Origin: an uncultured Bacillota bacterium
GTDB lineage: Bacteria > Sysuimicrobiota > Sysuimicrobiia > Sysuimicrobiales > Segetimicrobiaceae
Length of the DNA stretch: 64,000 nt
NCBI GenBank assembly: GCA_963804645.1
Contig: CAWDRG010000002.1
Coordinates: forward strand, 64,001 to 128,000
Direction: 5' to 3'
Of the stretch, positions 61,206 to 64,000 are shown piece after piece. The number at the start of each line of letters is the position of its first letter. The stretch's first letter is position 1. The notes beneath the pieces were generated by a model. That model had not been told where the DNA came from. It did no database searches and saw only the letters and a list, made by a program, of their open reading frames with translations. The position numbers were made by a program, and so were the translations under genes.

Positions 61206-62422
61206 GAGAGCACCTCGGCGTGCAGGGTCGCCGAGATCCCGAGGCGAGCCGCGAGCGCGGCGGGGTAGACGCCCCCGAGCGCGCCCGTGGCGAGGAGCAG
61301 GACCGCGGTCCGTCCGACCGCCCCGGACGTGAGCGTGAAGAAGTGGAGGTTCTCGGGCACCCCCGGCGCCGCGCGCAGGATCGCGTCGAGATAGCCGCTG
61401 ATCACGAGCCCGAGGGCGATCGCGCCGGGCAGGCTGGCCGCAGCGAGCAGCAGCCCCTCGAGCAGCACGAGCGCGCCGATCCGCCGCCGCGTCATCCCGA
61501 GCGCCCGCAGCATCGCGATTTCGCCGACGCGCTCTCCGAGCGACAGGGTCACGATCGCGGTGATCAGCAGAAATGACACCAAGAGACTGAGCGAACTCAG
61601 AATCAGGGCGAACTGGTTGAAGTACGTGAGCCGCGCGCCGGCGCGGCCGAGAAAGCGCTGGATGCTCAGCGCATCCACGCGCGGGTCCTGCGCGTCGATC
61701 CACGCGACGAGCGCGTCGATGCGCGCGGGATCGGCCACCCGGATGAGGATCAGGGACACGGGGCCGGGGGCGCGCCCCTCGACCCGTCGGAGATCGGCCG
61801 TCGGCAGCGCGATCGACCGCTGCGTCGCGAGATCGAAGTAGAAGTCGCCGATGCCGACGACGCGCACCCGGGTCGGCGCGGCGAATCCGGTCAGCGCCGA
61901 CCGCGCGGCCGCGGACACGACGAGGGTGTCCCCGACGCGCGCGCCGTCGAGGCGCGCCATGACGGGATTGACGACGGCCGGGACCGGGCCGTCCTCGGGC
62001 GCGGCGTTCCCGCGCGGCAGGTCGCGCCCCGCCAGCAGCGCGTAGGCGCCGGTGCCGCCGTGCGGCACGCCGAGCGCGAACGACGCGAACGTGTCGTCGC
62101 CGCGGCGCACGTACACGTTGGTGGCGACGACCGGGACCACGTCGGTCACGCCGGGCCGGGCGGCGATCGCCGCCGCGAGCCGGTCCCCGTCGGGAATCTC
62201 GGCGTCCCCGGAAAACGGGAGCGTGCCGCGCGGGACGACGCGCACCGCGAACCCGAGGCGGCTCAGGACCTGCCCGAGGCTGGTCACCAGCCCGCCCGAG
62301 AGCATCGTCATGTCGAGGAGCAGCGCGCCGGTTACGCAGAGGCCGAGCACGACGAGGGCGGTGCGCACGGGGGCGCGCCGCAACCCCCGCACCGCGAGAA
62401 ACCAGAGGGCGGCCATCGGCAT
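61202..62422 (-). CDS. FtsX/MacB-like ABC permease
   Basis: ERVGEIAMLRALG motif, four TM segments with periplasmic domain. Confidence 0.88.
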   Translation of the reverse strand: MPMAALWFLAVRGLRRAPVRTALVVLGLCVTGALLLDMTMLSGGLVTSLGQVLSRLGFAVRVVPRGTLPFSGDAEIPDGDRLAAAIAARPGVTDVVPVVATNVYVRRGDDTFASFALGVPHGGTGAYALLAGRDLPRGNAAPEDGPVPAVVNPVMARLDGARVGDTLVVSAAARSALTGFAAPTRVRVVGIGDFYFDLATQRSIALPTADLRRVEGRAPGPVSLILIRVADPARIDALVAWIDAQDPRVDALSIQRFLGRAGARLTYFNQFALILSSLSLLVSFLLITAIVTLSLGERVGEIAMLRALGMTRRRIGALVLLEGLLLAAASLPGAIALGLVISGYLDAILRAAPGVPENLHFFTLTSGAVGRTAVLLLATGALGGVYPAALAARLGISATLHAEVLS

Positions 62423-62424
62423 CC

Positions 62425-63318
62425 CTAGCGTCCGAGCTGCTCCAGCGGGCGGCGCCGCAAGAGACGCCACGCCGTGGCGGCGCCGGCGGCGACGCCGAGC
62501 GCGACCGAGAGGCCGACCGCCGCGAGCAGCACCGGAACCGTGATCTCGGAGAACACGAGCGGTGTGTCGAACAGGGCACGGTAGTAGGCGTTGATCAGGG
62601 CCGAGAGTCCGTACCCGAGGGCCACCCCCACGAGACTGCCCGCGAGCGCGATCGCGGCGGCGATCAGCACCACGACTGCCGCGACGGTCCGGTGCGAGAT
62701 GCCCATCAGCCGCATCACGCCGACCTGCCGCCGCATCTCCTCGCCCCGCAGGGTCATGATCGCGAGCAGAAACACGCTGCTCGCGAGAATGGTCACGACG
62801 CTGATTGCCCGATGGAAGCGCGCGATCACCTCGAAGGTGGTCGATCCGCGGGCGGCGAGATCCGCCGACGTGTACGCGCGGAACCCGAGCGCAAGCGCGT
62901 TCAGGCGGGCGACCACGTCCGCGGGACGGTTCGGCGGCCGGACGCGCGCGACCACGCTGTCGACGGCGTCTCCCCCGCCCTCGAGTGTTTGGAGATCCGG
63001 GAGGCGGAGCCGCACGTCCACGCGCGTGCGCGAGATCTCGGTCGGATAGACCGCGGGCTGGTAGACGGCGGCGACTCGAAACGTCCGCCACGGTCCGGCG
63101 GCGGTGGCCGACAATTCGATGCGGTCGCCCGGGACGACCCCGAGAATCTTGGCGGACCTGTCGGTCAGCGCGACGGGCGGATCGGCGCCGCCGGACGTCG
63201 GGGACACGGGACCGGCGGCATGGCCTCGGAGCGTGCCGAACCCGAGCAGCAGCGCGACGAACACGAGACACACCCCGGCCGGCCGAGCCCACGGCCGCGG
63301 GGCGGTGCGAGATCTCAT
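62425..63318 (-). CDS. FtsX-like ABC permease (shorter)
   Basis: EMRRQVGVMRLMG, C-terminal TM segments. Confidence 0.82.
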   Translation of the reverse strand: MRSRTAPRPWARPAGVCLVFVALLLGFGTLRGHAAGPVSPTSGGADPPVALTDRSAKILGVVPGDRIELSATAAGPWRTFRVAAVYQPAVYPTEISRTRVDVRLRLPDLQTLEGGGDAVDSVVARVRPPNRPADVVARLNALALGFRAYTSADLAARGSTTFEVIARFHRAISVVTILASSVFLLAIMTLRGEEMRRQVGVMRLMGISHRTVAAVVVLIAAAIALAGSLVGVALGYGLSALINAYYRALFDTPLVFSEITVPVLLAAVGLSVALGVAAGAATAWRLLRRRPLEQLGR

Positions 63319-63404
63319 AGCGATATGATAGCAGGCCGCGACGCGACTACCGCGCGCCGCCAGCGCCGCAGGGAGCGACCGGGGCCGTCGTGGAACACCC
63401 TCCC

Positions 63405-64000
63405 ATGACACCCATCCCGATCGAGGTGCCACCGATCTTCGACGGTCACAACGACACGGTGCTGAGCCTGGAGCGCACCGGGCGGTCGTTCTTCGAGCGA
63501 TCCACGGAGGGGCACATCGATTTGCCCCGGGCCCGCGCCGGAGGGCTCGGCGGCGGATTTTTCGCCGTCTATCTGCGCGACCCCGTCGTCGTCGAGCAGG
63601 CCAAGTCTGGCGAGGTGTCGGCGGAGTGGCGGCGCGGCGTCTACGGCGACGAGCGGACGTGGCCCGAGCCGATGTCCCTCGAGTACGCGCAGTCGCACGC
63701 GCTCACGCTGCTCGGGCGGCTGCTGCGGGTCGCGGCGGCGTCGGAGAGACAGGTGCACGTTGTCCGTACCGCGTCTGAACTGCAGCACGACCTCGACCGC
63801 GGCGTCTTTGCCATGCTGCTGCACTTCGAGGGCGCCGAGCCGCTCGACCCCGGCGGAGAGGCGCTCGAGGTGTTCTACGCGGCCGGCGTCCGATCGGTCG
63901 GGCTGACCCACAGCCGCCGCAACCGCTACTGCCAGGGCGTGCCGAGCAAGTTCCCGAGCTCCCCCGACCTCGGGCCCGGCCTCACCGACGCGGGGAAGGC
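63405..64000 (+). CDS. M19 membrane dipeptidase family protein (runs off window)
   Basis: IFDGHND, GHIDLPRA..GGLGGGFFA, HFEGAE, GLTHSRRN, GLTDAG. Confidence 0.9.
   Translation, partial: MTPIPIEVPPIFDGHNDTVLSLERTGRSFFERSTEGHIDLPRARAGGLGGGFFAVYLRDPVVVEQAKSGEVSAEWRRGVYGDERTWPEPMSLEYAQSHALTLLGRLLRVAAASERQVHVVRTASELQHDLDRGVFAMLLHFEGAEPLDPGGEALEVFYAAGVRSVGLTHSRRNRYCQGVPSKFPSSPDLGPGLTDAGK

Overview
High-GC bacterial chromosomal window. The organism is probably a diderm, since it encodes an autotransporter beta-barrel, yet it uses a Gram-positive-type LexA box. Most of the window is catabolic and transport genes: peptide and sugar ABC systems, two gamma-glutamyltransferase-family genes, M24 and M19 peptidases, SDRs, NagZ, a CoxL-like Mo subunit and ChrA. 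It also carries an mrfAB-like DNA-repair pair. The centrepiece is a ~16 kb gene (~5,300 aa) for a giant autotransporter/adhesin. Its passenger is four stacked sub-passengers, each opened by a two-Cys cap and closed by an autochaperone-like segment. The gene lies downstream of a clear c-di-GMP-I (GEMM) riboswitch, with a CBS-GGDEF protein, a fasciclin protein and an orphan type IV pilin nearby. A second notable locus at 6.9-9.3 kb has an orphan protein with a type III needle-like C-terminus, divergent from an ankyrin gene. That ankyrin gene has a consensus sigma70 promoter and a highly structured ~125 nt leader that sequesters its start codon. Frameshifts cluster at ~10.5-16.7 kb and ~46-47 kb and are probably assembly indels. 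No rRNA, tRNA, CRISPR array or intact mobile element was seen. All calls come from reading the sequence; no searches were run.
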